Shown here piece after piece: positions 18,714-27,677 of a stretch of 35,685 nucleotides of DNA. This DNA comes from Candidatus Lindowbacteria bacterium RIFCSPLOWO2_12_FULL_62_27. GTDB taxonomy: Bacteria > Lindowbacteria > 2-12-FULL-62-27. Each line of letters starts with the position of its first letter. Within the stretch, counting starts at the first letter, position 1. The stretch lies in NCBI GenBank assembly GCA_001784175.1, contig MFPR01000037.1:87959-123643 (forward strand), given 5' to 3'. The notes under the pieces were generated by a model, which did no database searches, was not told the origin of the DNA, and saw nothing but the letters and a program-made list of their open reading frames with translations. The translations under genes and the position numbers were made by a program.

Positions 18714-20389
18714 TCCGGTTCCTCCATCACCACCAGCGTGCCGGCCGCCGCCGGAGCCGAAGAGCTTTTGCCCGACGGCCAGATCACGTCGATCGAGGCC
18801 GCGGATTCGTCGGCCCGAAGACCCACATGGACGGTGGGATCGCTCGCGCTCAGATACGAAGCGGCGGTTCTGACTTCGTTGTGAATGGCGCGCGTATCGG
18901 TCCGGACGACCACTTTCGCGCCGATGCCCTGCGTGTTGGGCGCGCGGCCATGCAGTCGGATCTTGAGCCATCGCGCGCCGGCGGGGGTTTCATTACGCAA
19001 AAGTTCCGCCCACGATCCGGAATTGGAGGCCAGGATGTCGATGTCGCCGTCGTTATCATAATCTCCGAAGGCCGCCCCGCGGCCGACGCGTTTGCGCACG
19101 AAACATTCTCCGCAGCGGTCGGCGGCGTTTTCGAAGGTCCCGCGTCCGGTGCCGACAAACATCATCTTTTGCTGCGGATAGGTGATCTCCTGCGAGAATC
19201 CCTCTATGTCATCCACCACATGCCCGTTGGCCACAAAGCAATCCAGGTGGCCGTCGTGATTGAAATCGGCGAATCGCGCGGCCCAGCCCACGTGCCGGTA
19301 GGTGTCCTCATCGAGGCCCAGGGCGCGGGTCAGATCCGCGAAGAACCCGTTGCCCCGGTTCACGTAGAGATTGTTGAATTCAAACACCATGTTCGTGACG
19401 AACAGGTCCTGAAGGCCGTCGCCGTTCACGTCGACGACGTCGACCCCCATCGCCGCCGTGACGACGCCGTCCGGATCGTATGCCACTCCGGCCTCAACGC
19501 CGATTTCCACGAACATGCCTCCCTCATTCCGATACAGGAAGTTGGGCGTGGCGTCGTTCGCGACAAACACGTCCTGGTCACCGTCGTTGTCGAAGTCCAG
19601 CGCCACGGCCGTCAGGCCCTTGCCGTTCGCGGAGAGTCCCGCGGACGCGGACACATCGGTGAACGTCCCATCGCCGTTGTTGCGGTACAGAACATCCTCC
19701 TCGCCCTCAAAATCGCGCGGGCCGGGGAAGGATCGGAATCCGTATTTTTTGGAGAGCGTTGAGACATGGACGTCCTTGCGGTTGACGAGAAATTTGAGGT
19801 AATTCGAGACATAGAGATCGAGGTCGAGGTCCCCGTCGTAATCGAAGAAGACCGCGCCGGCGCTCCACCGCGGGCAACCTACGCCCGCCCGGTCGGTCAC
19901 GTCCTCAAACGTCCCGTCGCCGCGGTTGCGGTAGAGGGTATTGCGGCCGAAGTTCGTGATGTAGAGATCGACGAATTCGTCGGCGTCGTAGTCGGCCGTC
20001 GCAACGCCCTGCCCGTAGCTGGCCGCCGTGATCCCCGCCGTTTCCGTGACGTTGCGGAAGGTCCCGTTTCGCTCGTTGTGAAACAGGGCGTGAGTCGCGG
20101 CATTCCTGCGGTCCATCAACCCATGTTTGTCGAGTTTCGCGCCGTTGACCAGGAATGCGTCGAGCCGGCCATCGTTGTCGTAATCGAAAAAGGCGCACCC
20201 TGAACCCGTGGTCATAAGGACATTCTCGTTTTGTTCCGCCCCGAAGGTATGCCGGAACACGATCCCGGCCGATCGCGCGATGTCCGTGAATTTCGGCGGC
20301 GGGTCGGCGGCGGCCGTCGCCGCACAAACCGCCGTGATGGCGACCGTCATCCACAGCCATCGAAACCCCGCGATCCTCATTCCTTTCAC
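18710..20389 (-). CDS. CRTAC1-family protein (FG-GAP/VCBS repeats plus ASPIC/UnbV), Sec signal peptide
   Basis: Seven D.D.DG..D repeats, YRN.GDGTF.DV, GRGAAFGDYDNDGDID, GIGAKV, SYLS......HVGL, WPSG. Confidence 0.92.
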   Translation of the reverse strand: MKGMRIAGFRWLWMTVAITAVCAATAAADPPPKFTDIARSAGIVFRHTFGAEQNENVLMTTGSGCAFFDYDNDGRLDAFLVNGAKLDKHGLMDRRNAATHALFHNERNGTFRNVTETAGITAASYGQGVATADYDADEFVDLYITNFGRNTLYRNRGDGTFEDVTDRAGVGCPRWSAGAVFFDYDGDLDLDLYVSNYLKFLVNRKDVHVSTLSKKYGFRSFPGPRDFEGEEDVLYRNNGDGTFTDVSASAGLSANGKGLTAVALDFDNDGDQDVFVANDATPNFLYRNEGGMFVEIGVEAGVAYDPDGVVTAAMGVDVVDVNGDGLQDLFVTNMVFEFNNLYVNRGNGFFADLTRALGLDEDTYRHVGWAARFADFNHDGHLDCFVANGHVVDDIEGFSQEITYPQQKMMFVGTGRGTFENAADRCGECFVRKRVGRGAAFGDYDNDGDIDILASNSGSWAELLRNETPAGARWLKIRLHGRAPNTQGIGAKVVVRTDTRAIHNEVRTAASYLSASDPTVHVGLRADESAASIDVIWPSGKSSSAPAAAGTLVVMEEPD

Positions 20390-21558
20390 CGCCCGTAATA
20401 GACGAACGTGAGATACACCGCGTCGCTCTTCGGCGCCATGACGCGGTTCGCCTCCTCGCGATAGGCCAAAAAAACGCTGACGGCGTTGGTGAACGAGTAA
20501 CTGAATTGATAGAGGGCGGCGGTGTCGTCGGAGTTGTGAGTGGAGGTGTCCCTTCGAACCGATTCAACCTGCCATGAGAGACCGGCATTTTGAAACCGCG
20601 GGATGATCCACTCCAGCGTCGCGCGCACGCCGAGCACGTTCGATCTTTGCCCGCCGGTGACCGCGACATACTGCGCGTCGTCGCCGAATCCGTCCTGTCC
20701 GCAGGCGACTTGGCCGCTCAGGATCAGATAATCTCCGGACCGGCGGAAAAGGTCATACGCGACGCGCCAGCGCGAGATGGACGCAGCGCCGAACACGGAC
20801 GGCCCCATGATGGCCGGCAAATCGCCGACCAGGATCGACAGGCCGTTTTGAATGTCCCAGTAGGTCGGCGCGCCCAGCCGGGCTGTGAGCAGGAAGCTCG
20901 TGCGTTCGGAAGCCGTCGACAGGCGCGGCGAGTGCAGCCCTTCGCCCAGACCCAATGTCGCCGCCGCCTCCCAGTCCAATTTTCCGAGCGGGCCTTTGAT
21001 ATTCAGCCCCCAGTCCCATTTCAGCCCGAGGTCGGCGGCCTCGAGCGGCAGAAGAAACCGGTGCCGGGGCGCCGTCATCGGATTCATGCCGTACGGAATG
21101 ACGAACTGTCCGAGCCTCAGGCTCAGCCGCTGCGAGCCGCCCGGATTCCATCGGATCCAGAAATCCTGCGGCGCGAACTTCACGGCGTTCATGCCCCGGT
21201 TGTCCTGCATCCGGTCGTACACGATGCGCGGGTGAAGTGTCATGGCCTCCAGCGGCATCCAGCCGCCGAATATCCGGCGATTGAGGAGTGACTCGGTTGA
21301 GAACGTCCTGACGTAGTCGAGCCCGATGGAATTACCCGGCGGTCGAGGCGACAGCTCAACGTAGTCTTTCGACCGGTCGCCCGGCGGCAGGCCTGTCGCG
21401 CCGTCGAGCGGGAACACGGCTGAGGACACGAATTCAAGGTACAAAAACGATCGACGCACTCCCTCCTCATCCGCCGGAACCGCAGCGCAGGCCGCATGGA
21501 CGACCGCCGCGATCAGAAGAACGGTTGTCACAGGCCGTGCGTGCCGGACTTTCGTCAT
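20386..21558 (-). CDS. Hypothetical exported protein, putative outer-membrane porin-like beta-barrel
   Basis: Signal peptide; LSLRLGQF..PYG segment typical of porin-like proteins; many amphipathic strands; C-terminal VYLTFVYY. Confidence 0.6.
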   Translation of the reverse strand: MTKVRHARPVTTVLLIAAVVHAACAAVPADEEGVRRSFLYLEFVSSAVFPLDGATGLPPGDRSKDYVELSPRPPGNSIGLDYVRTFSTESLLNRRIFGGWMPLEAMTLHPRIVYDRMQDNRGMNAVKFAPQDFWIRWNPGGSQRLSLRLGQFVIPYGMNPMTAPRHRFLLPLEAADLGLKWDWGLNIKGPLGKLDWEAAATLGLGEGLHSPRLSTASERTSFLLTARLGAPTYWDIQNGLSILVGDLPAIMGPSVFGAASISRWRVAYDLFRRSGDYLILSGQVACGQDGFGDDAQYVAVTGGQRSNVLGVRATLEWIIPRFQNAGLSWQVESVRRDTSTHNSDDTAALYQFSYSFTNAVSVFLAYREEANRVMAPKSDAVYLTFVYYGR

Positions 21559-22394
21559 GGCGCGACTCGGACGGGTTGGCGCTCGCGGATGGAATGCAGA
21601 AACCAGTCGAGCCGCCGGTATTCGTCGTCCACCTTGATTTTTGTGACACCGGTTTCCTCCCAGCTCGATATCCCGGACCAGTACGGCGTCAGGAGACTCA
21701 AGCGGCCGGCGCCTTCGGCCGGAGGCGCGGACTCTCTTCCCGCTTGGATGGCGCGCTTAAGGCGGATTGCAGCCGCAACCGCGTCTCCTTCCAACCAGAA
21801 CAGGTAGCCGGCGAGGTAAAATGCGCCGCCGCATTTGGAATTCGATGCGGCCGCCGCCTCAAGATAACGCCGCGCGCGGGATATGTTTCCGCGCAAAAGG
21901 GCGATCTCCCCGATCCTGAGCACGGCGCCGGACTCCTCCTTGTTGATATCGAGCGCCTTCTCGAATTCCCTTTCCGCCTCCGCCGGCTCGAAGGGCGCGC
22001 CCGCAACGCCGCATGAGAAGAGCGCGCCGAGCTGGGCATGCGCCCTGGCGCTGGACGGATTGATTTCCGCCAGCCGGCGCCATGTCTCCGCCGCCTCGGC
22101 GAATCGCCCGAGTTCGAACAGAACATTGCCGAGGTTATACAGGGAATCTTCGTGCCCGGTGTCCAGCCCCAGCGCGGCGTGGTACGCAGCGTCGGCGCCG
22201 GGCCAGTCGCCTTGCAGCCGAAACCGGGTGGCCTGATCATACAGCTTCCAAAACTGCAGAACTTCCGCCTTTCGGTCCGGCGACCACGCCGGGGAAGGAA
22301 CGGGATCAACTGCGGATGGCCGCATTTTGAGAATGGTCAGAATGATGAATCCCGTGGCAAACCCCAGAGCGAGAAACCCCGCCGCGCGCTTCAC
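21555..22394 (-). CDS. Membrane-anchored TPR protein
   Basis: GTG 22394 (GTGA overlap) gives MKRAAGFLALGFATGFIILTIL anchor; TPRs such as SLYNLGNVLFELGRFAEAAETW. Confidence 0.82.
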   Translation of the reverse strand: MKRAAGFLALGFATGFIILTILKMRPSAVDPVPSPAWSPDRKAEVLQFWKLYDQATRFRLQGDWPGADAAYHAALGLDTGHEDSLYNLGNVLFELGRFAEAAETWRRLAEINPSSARAHAQLGALFSCGVAGAPFEPAEAEREFEKALDINKEESGAVLRIGEIALLRGNISRARRYLEAAAASNSKCGGAFYLAGYLFWLEGDAVAAAIRLKRAIQAGRESAPPAEGAGRLSLLTPYWSGISSWEETGVTKIKVDDEYRRLDWFLHSIRERQPVRVAP

Positions 22395-24250
22395 GGCCCG
22401 TCCATGCCAATCGCCGGCGCTCGGCTGCCCGGCTCCGTGATCGTCACGATCTGATCGGCGCTGACCCATTCCAGCGTCTGCGTCCGTCCGCTTGGCCATG
22501 CGACGTCGATCGCGTCGACGCGGTCCGCCGAACCCAGCCCGACCAGCACCTCTCTCGCGGCATTCTGAGAGCAGTACGAGGATCCGGCGCCAGATTCGCG
22601 GAGGTAGATATGCGTTCCCGCGCGGAACCGCAATTTCGCGCCGACGCCGTCCCTGTTTCCCTCCGTTCCTCGCAGACGGACTTTGATCCAATGATTGCGG
22701 TCCCCCCCATCATTTCGGAGAAGAATCGGGGCGTCACCGTGGACAACGATGAAGGCGTCCGGGTCGCCGTCATTGTCATAATCTCCGATCGCCAGCCCCC
22801 GGCCCACGCGCCGCGCCCGGAAGATTTCACCCGATACGGAGCCCACCTCATAGTAACCTCTTCCGGCCCCGGCATTCCAGAACAGCAGATTATTCATCGG
22901 CGCAAGCAGGGTGGAGTCGTCTTCGCGCGGAAAGGTGCTGCCATTCACGACCATGAGATCGAGCAGGGCGTCGTTGTCGTAGTCAAGAAACGCCGTGCCC
23001 CAGCCGATGTAATCCAGCGCGATCTGTCCAAGGCCATACTGGTCGGCAACATCCACGAATGCCAGCCCGCGCGATTTGCCCTCCATGCGCAAGTCCGCGT
23101 AATCGGAGGACATGTTGTTGTAGAGCGCGTTTTCCTGGGCAAGCCAGTGGGTGATGAAGATGTCCTGATCTCCGTCTACATCCCAGTCTCCCACCGCCAG
23201 ACCCATCGCGCCGCGGTAGTCGGCCACCCAGGCTCTGTGGCTGATGTCCTCGAAGGTTCCATCACCCCGGTTGCGGTACATCGCGTTGTCGGAAACATCA
23301 TTCGCGACGTAAAGATCAGTCCGGCCGTCATTGTCGAAATCCGCCCAGGACGCCGAAAGACTTCGCCCGGCGGGATTGTCAACGCCGGCGTCCCGGGCCA
23401 CTTCCGTGAATGTGCCGTCGCCGTTGTTGTGGAACAGAAGATTTCGCTCCGGCTTGTAGGTGGAAGGATTGAGAGACGCGGGAAGCACGGCGTCATATTG
23501 CCGGCTCTGCGTGTAGAGGTGCGCCTGCTCGAAACGGTACTGCACGTATCCACAGACGTACAGATCGAGCAGGCCGTCACTGTCATAGTCACCCCACGAC
23601 GCGCCGGTCCAGAAGCCCTCGAAACGGCCGATGCCCGAACGATTCGAGGCGTCGGCGAAGGCGCCGTCACCGTTGTTGTGAAAGAGGAAGGTGTGGCCGT
23701 AGTTTGTCACAACAAGATCGAGCAGACCGTCATTGTCGTAATCGCCCCATGCCGCTCCCTGGCCGACGCTTCGGACATCCAGTCCCGCCCGGAGCGTGAC
23801 ATCCGCGAACGTGCCGTCGCCGTTGTTCCGGTAGAGCGCGTGCCGAGCCGGCGATCGGGCGAACTCTTCCGGCGTCATGGTCAGGCTTCCGGCTTCGTTC
23901 ACGATAAAAAGATCGATCCAGCCGTCGTTGTCAAAATCGCCCCATGCCGCGCCCGATCCCATGTCTTCCGGGAGCTGGGTTGACCGGGTTCCGTGAAAAT
24001 GCCGAAACCGGATGCCCGCCGATTCGGTCACATCCAGGAAGGACACGCGCGGATAATTCGCCGGGGGATCGCGCGAAAGGGAATCGATGAGGCCCTCCAT
24101 TTTTTCGCCCGGCACATACGGTTTCGGCGCAGGTCCCCGCCATATCGCGACGGCGCTCGCGGCGATCGCCAGTCCGCCCAGTACCGCCGTCCGCATCAGA
24201 AGCCGCCGGCGCGGCGTGGGTTCTCCGGGACGCAAGGTCTTCCGAGTCAA
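22391..24250 (-). CDS. CRTAC1-family protein (FG-GAP repeats plus ASPIC/UnbV) with N-terminal membrane anchor or signal
   Basis: GAAWGDFDNDG..D repeated; GRGLAIGDYDNDGDPD; NRDGVGAK; SYCSQ......GLG; WPSG; start TTG 24250 inferred from TTGA overlap. Confidence 0.9.
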   Translation of the reverse strand: MTRKTLRPGEPTPRRRLLMRTAVLGGLAIAASAVAIWRGPAPKPYVPGEKMEGLIDSLSRDPPANYPRVSFLDVTESAGIRFRHFHGTRSTQLPEDMGSGAAWGDFDNDGWIDLFIVNEAGSLTMTPEEFARSPARHALYRNNGDGTFADVTLRAGLDVRSVGQGAAWGDYDNDGLLDLVVTNYGHTFLFHNNGDGAFADASNRSGIGRFEGFWTGASWGDYDSDGLLDLYVCGYVQYRFEQAHLYTQSRQYDAVLPASLNPSTYKPERNLLFHNNGDGTFTEVARDAGVDNPAGRSLSASWADFDNDGRTDLYVANDVSDNAMYRNRGDGTFEDISHRAWVADYRGAMGLAVGDWDVDGDQDIFITHWLAQENALYNNMSSDYADLRMEGKSRGLAFVDVADQYGLGQIALDYIGWGTAFLDYDNDALLDLMVVNGSTFPREDDSTLLAPMNNLLFWNAGAGRGYYEVGSVSGEIFRARRVGRGLAIGDYDNDGDPDAFIVVHGDAPILLRNDGGDRNHWIKVRLRGTEGNRDGVGAKLRFRAGTHIYLRESGAGSSYCSQNAAREVLVGLGSADRVDAIDVAWPSGRTQTLEWVSADQIVTITEPGSRAPAIGMDGP

Positions 24251-26280
24251 CGCCTCACGATCAGTATCGTTTTTGTGTCCTCCGCCATCGAACTGACGGT
24301 CGCCGTCAGTCCGGACGTTTCGCCCATGAGAAAATTGAGGAGGAACTGGTCGATCTTGCGGTAGAGCAGTCGGGCGTTCACGTGCATGCGGCCCGGAGAA
24401 TCGGGGGGCGAAGGAAAGCTGTACCCGGCGGCGTCGGCAAATCCGGGGAAGACCGACCGCCTGAACCGCACACCGACCATCTCCCACAGATTGTGCCGGT
24501 CGATCAGGTTTCCGTACTGGTCCACCGCCTCGGCCTTGAAGATGAACGAGCCGGGTTTGATGAAATGCCGGGTGTCCAGATCGCCCGATTTGTACACGAT
24601 CCCGCCGCTGTCGTCCGTCACGGTCAGCTCAACCCACGACTGGATGATGTCGAGCGGGCCGGTCGGAAAATCGTGGCCGACCTTGTTGTTGGTGATCACC
24701 ACCCGGACCGGTGTCTGCTCGCCGGGGGCGACGCGGTCGGGAGCAACCAATTCGATGGGAGTGGCGGGTCCCTCGCGCCATTTATGCGCGATTTCGTTCA
24801 CCGGGATTTCCCCGCGCAGCCAGCGGACCGTGAGGTCGTGGTGCTCGTCGGCGCCCGGGAGGGCAAGGAGTTTCGGCATGAACTGGTTGGCGCCGAGGAA
24901 ACGGTGACTTCGGTGTTTGCCGTCCGACGCCGAGCGGTTGTAGTCGAGATCATCGCCGGCGGCCGGCTCGCGCGAGCCGTCCACCAGGGGCATGTGACAC
25001 TCGCGACATTCGATGGTGCGCGCGGCGTCTTTCCCGTGGTTCCACCGGCTCTTGCGCCAGTTGTCGTACTGGTTCTGGAGCTGGACCCATCCGACGTTGT
25101 TGATTTCAGCGTCAATGAACTGCTTGTGGCATGCTGCGCAGAATTCGGGGCTCTTGAACAGCCGGTGACTCAGGCTCTCCGTGTGCTGCCGCGGATAGGC
25201 GCGAATCAAGAAGTCCCGCAGGAAGCGCGACGCCGTCCCCTGCTTCAATTCATACATATACCGCGGCGGCTGAACGATCACGTAATTCGCGTTGCCCTTG
25301 ATGTCCGTTTTCCGGATGGAATGGCAGACCAGACAGGAGACGCCCTCCTGGTAGCCGGCAAGATTGGTCAGATTTTCCGAAAAGACGTTTTTCGCGCCGG
25401 AAAACAGCGAGATCGGATCGTGACACCCGCCGCAGTAGCGCGTCGATTCCGGACTGTTCTGTTTTCCCATGACAGCTTGCACCGCCTGAAACGCCGGGTC
25501 CATCGCCGAATATCGGTGGGCGCTCGGCTGCCACTCGCGTACGATCTGGTCGTGACAGCGTGCCGTGCCGCACGAGAGAGACCCGGAGATCGAGCGTGCG
25601 TCGAATGCGCCGCTGTCGGAGGTCGTCGCGAGGCTCGGGCCGAACGGGCGGTCCCTGCCGTACTTGTAATTGTAATCCGCCGGAAACTCGTTCTTGAACT
25701 TCACTTCATCGTAACCATAGGTCCATAGCCCGACCAGACATACGCCGGCGGTTGTCACCAGCACAACGCCCTGCCCGAACCGCTTTTGCGATTCACCGAC
25801 CGGCGTCCCATGTCCGGCGCCCCGTGCCTTCCGGTCCCTCGTGATAATCAGCGTGACGTGGGGAACGATGGCGGCGATCAGGGCGAACGTGCTGACCAGG
25901 TGAACGCGGTCCCAGAAGTGGCTGATCCGCGTGAGAAAGAGCGCCTGAATCATCACCACGATACCCGACGCGCCGCAGACGGCCGCGGATGCCAGGGAAA
26001 AGTATCCCGTAAGCTTGAAATGACTCATCAGGGCGGGCTGGTACACCCGCCAGTGCCGGATCTGGTACACGACGTAAAGAACCGCAAACCCGACGCTGGC
26101 GATCGTGTGGACCAGTACGGAGACTTGGGCGACGAAACTGAAGGGCAGAAAGGTGATGGCGAGTCCCGTCAGAGTCTCGAGGAGCAGCAGTCCCGATACG
26201 AGGATCGCAAGAGGCGAATCCCATTCGGCCGCGCGGTCGACGGTTGAAACATACCTTTCATCGTTCATGACCGCTTCCAT
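24247..26280 (-). CDS. Membrane-bound multiheme c-type cytochrome (c554-like) with His-bearing N-terminal transmembrane domain
   Basis: Five hydrophobic helices; CGTARCH, CGGCH, CLVCH, CAACH, CRECH; SHRFLGAN and GHDFPTG motifs. Confidence 0.88.
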   Translation of the reverse strand: MEAVMNDERYVSTVDRAAEWDSPLAILVSGLLLLETLTGLAITFLPFSFVAQVSVLVHTIASVGFAVLYVVYQIRHWRVYQPALMSHFKLTGYFSLASAAVCGASGIVVMIQALFLTRISHFWDRVHLVSTFALIAAIVPHVTLIITRDRKARGAGHGTPVGESQKRFGQGVVLVTTAGVCLVGLWTYGYDEVKFKNEFPADYNYKYGRDRPFGPSLATTSDSGAFDARSISGSLSCGTARCHDQIVREWQPSAHRYSAMDPAFQAVQAVMGKQNSPESTRYCGGCHDPISLFSGAKNVFSENLTNLAGYQEGVSCLVCHSIRKTDIKGNANYVIVQPPRYMYELKQGTASRFLRDFLIRAYPRQHTESLSHRLFKSPEFCAACHKQFIDAEINNVGWVQLQNQYDNWRKSRWNHGKDAARTIECRECHMPLVDGSREPAAGDDLDYNRSASDGKHRSHRFLGANQFMPKLLALPGADEHHDLTVRWLRGEIPVNEIAHKWREGPATPIELVAPDRVAPGEQTPVRVVITNNKVGHDFPTGPLDIIQSWVELTVTDDSGGIVYKSGDLDTRHFIKPGSFIFKAEAVDQYGNLIDRHNLWEMVGVRFRRSVFPGFADAAGYSFPSPPDSPGRMHVNARLLYRKIDQFLLNFLMGETSGLTATVSSMAEDTKTILIVRR

Positions 26281-26283
26281 TCG

Positions 26284-26298
26284 TGACAGATGTTGTCA
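26284..26298. promoter_or_regulatory. Candidate operator palindrome next to the cytochrome start
   Basis: TGACA-gatgt-TGTCA, 3 nt upstream of ATG 26280. Confidence 0.3.
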
Positions 26299-26394
26299 TC
26301 ACGTGCAACGGCGGTAAACGACGTATTTTGCGCATGAAATTCGCGTTATAGGTAGATTTGAAGCGCCCCCTCGCGCAAAGTCAGGATCAAGCCG

Positions 26395-27654
26395 CTAGGT
26401 TAACTCCATCACTTCCCGCCGCTCTGCCTGCGCCATCCGCCGCGCGCGCGCCAGATCGGCGGGGGTGTCGATGCCGATCGAATCATGGGGCGTGACGGCG
26501 ATGGCGATCGATTGTCCGTTTTCGAGGATGCGCAACTGCTCGAGTTTTTCCGCCTGCTCCAACGGCGTCTCGCGCCACTTGGAAAATTCGACCAAAAACG
26601 ACCGGCGAAAGACATAAAGGCCGATGTGTTTGAACCATTTCGCCGCCTTCGACCTCTGCGTGTCGCGGTAGAATGGGACCGGGCTTCTCGAGAAATAGAT
26701 CGCGCGGCCCTTTGAGATCGCCACTTTCGCGACGTTCGGATTTTGCAGATCTTTGACGGGGCACCTCGCCGCCAGCGTCGAGACAGGGCAAGCGGAGGAG
26801 AGGAGCGTTCGGACGGCGAGGCGAATGTTGAATGAGGGCTGAAACGGCTCGTCTCCCTGGAGGTTCACGACCACCGGATACGCCGGAAAATACTGCGCCG
26901 TTTCCGCGCACCGGTCGGACCCGCTCTTGCACGTCCTGGACGTCATGACCGCCGTCGCGCCGAATCCATGGGCCGCCTTGAGGATCCGCCGGTCGTCCGT
27001 GGCCACCACCACCTTCCAGTCCGGCAGGGCCGCCTGGCAGGCTCTTTCGTAGACATGTTGAACGATCGGTTTGCCGTCCAGGGTCGCCAGAGCCTTGCCG
27101 GGGAATCGCGTCGATCCGTATCGGGCCGGAATGACGATGAGCGTTGGCTGCGGCAGGCGGGCTCGCATGGGATAAACCTGCGGGACGGCCCGGACCTTCT
27201 CAATGATGCTCGAGGTGCTTCGCCCCGGTGTGAGCTGCACGCGGACGACTTTCCCGCCATAGGACCGGGCCACATCGGCCCCCACGATGTCTTTTTCGCT
27301 CCAGTCCGCGCCTTTGACGAGGACGTCCGGCCGGATGGCCTGAATGAGTTTGAGCGGTGTGTCCTCCGAAAAGGGAATGATGTAATCGATCATCCGCAGC
27401 GCCGACAGGATCGCCGCGCGATCCGCCAGCGTCGCCACCGGCCGCGCCGGTCCCTTGAGGCGGCGGACGCTGTCATCGGAGTTCAGGCCGAGCACGAGAA
27501 TGTCTCCGCACAGTTTGGCCTTGTTGAGATACTCGACGTGTCCCCGGTGGAGGATGTCGAAACAGCCGTTGGTGAACACGACTTTCTTTCCGGCGCGCTC
27601 GGACTTCAGCCGCCGGGCCAGTTGCGGCAGGTAGTAGAATATTCTCGCGGACAT
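26395..27654 (-). CDS. kdsB: Fusion of heptose-1-phosphate adenylyltransferase (HldC/RfaE2) and CMP-Kdo synthetase (KdsB)
   Basis: VFTNGCFDILHRGH, GLNSDDSV.RLKG..RP, LVKGADW, STS.II; then IPARYGSTRFPGK, VATDD, SGSDR, VNLQGDEP, YFSR, KHIGLY, EKLEQLR.LE, IDTP.DL, all in one ORF. Confidence 0.9.
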   Translation of the reverse strand: MSARIFYYLPQLARRLKSERAGKKVVFTNGCFDILHRGHVEYLNKAKLCGDILVLGLNSDDSVRRLKGPARPVATLADRAAILSALRMIDYIIPFSEDTPLKLIQAIRPDVLVKGADWSEKDIVGADVARSYGGKVVRVQLTPGRSTSSIIEKVRAVPQVYPMRARLPQPTLIVIPARYGSTRFPGKALATLDGKPIVQHVYERACQAALPDWKVVVATDDRRILKAAHGFGATAVMTSRTCKSGSDRCAETAQYFPAYPVVVNLQGDEPFQPSFNIRLAVRTLLSSACPVSTLAARCPVKDLQNPNVAKVAISKGRAIYFSRSPVPFYRDTQRSKAAKWFKHIGLYVFRRSFLVEFSKWRETPLEQAEKLEQLRILENGQSIAIAVTPHDSIGIDTPADLARARRMAQAERREVMELT

Positions 27655-27677
27655 TCAGCGGGCGTGGGGCGGGAGGG

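Noticed and set aside
18714-18971. Extended N-termini from the ORF track (also dinB 1851, 3049, 10725, 22691, 24487, 29455, 29930, 30940, 32658)
   Set aside because: They overlap neighbouring genes or a tRNA and bury signal peptides; downstream starts fit better
19915-23285. RGD integrin-binding motifs in two CRTAC1 proteins
   Set aside because: They fall within the recurring RNxGDGTF repeat consensus, so they are probably incidental
15156-24250. Enediyne biosynthetic cluster suggested by UnbV domains
   Set aside because: No enediyne PKS, thioesterase or other warhead-cassette genes; UnbV domains here are in exported CRTAC1-type proteins
15156-24250. Recurring GCCGTCGCCGTTGTT-like DNA as a CRISPR or repeat array
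   Set aside because: Irregular spacing and explained by FG-GAP peptide repeats; no cas genes
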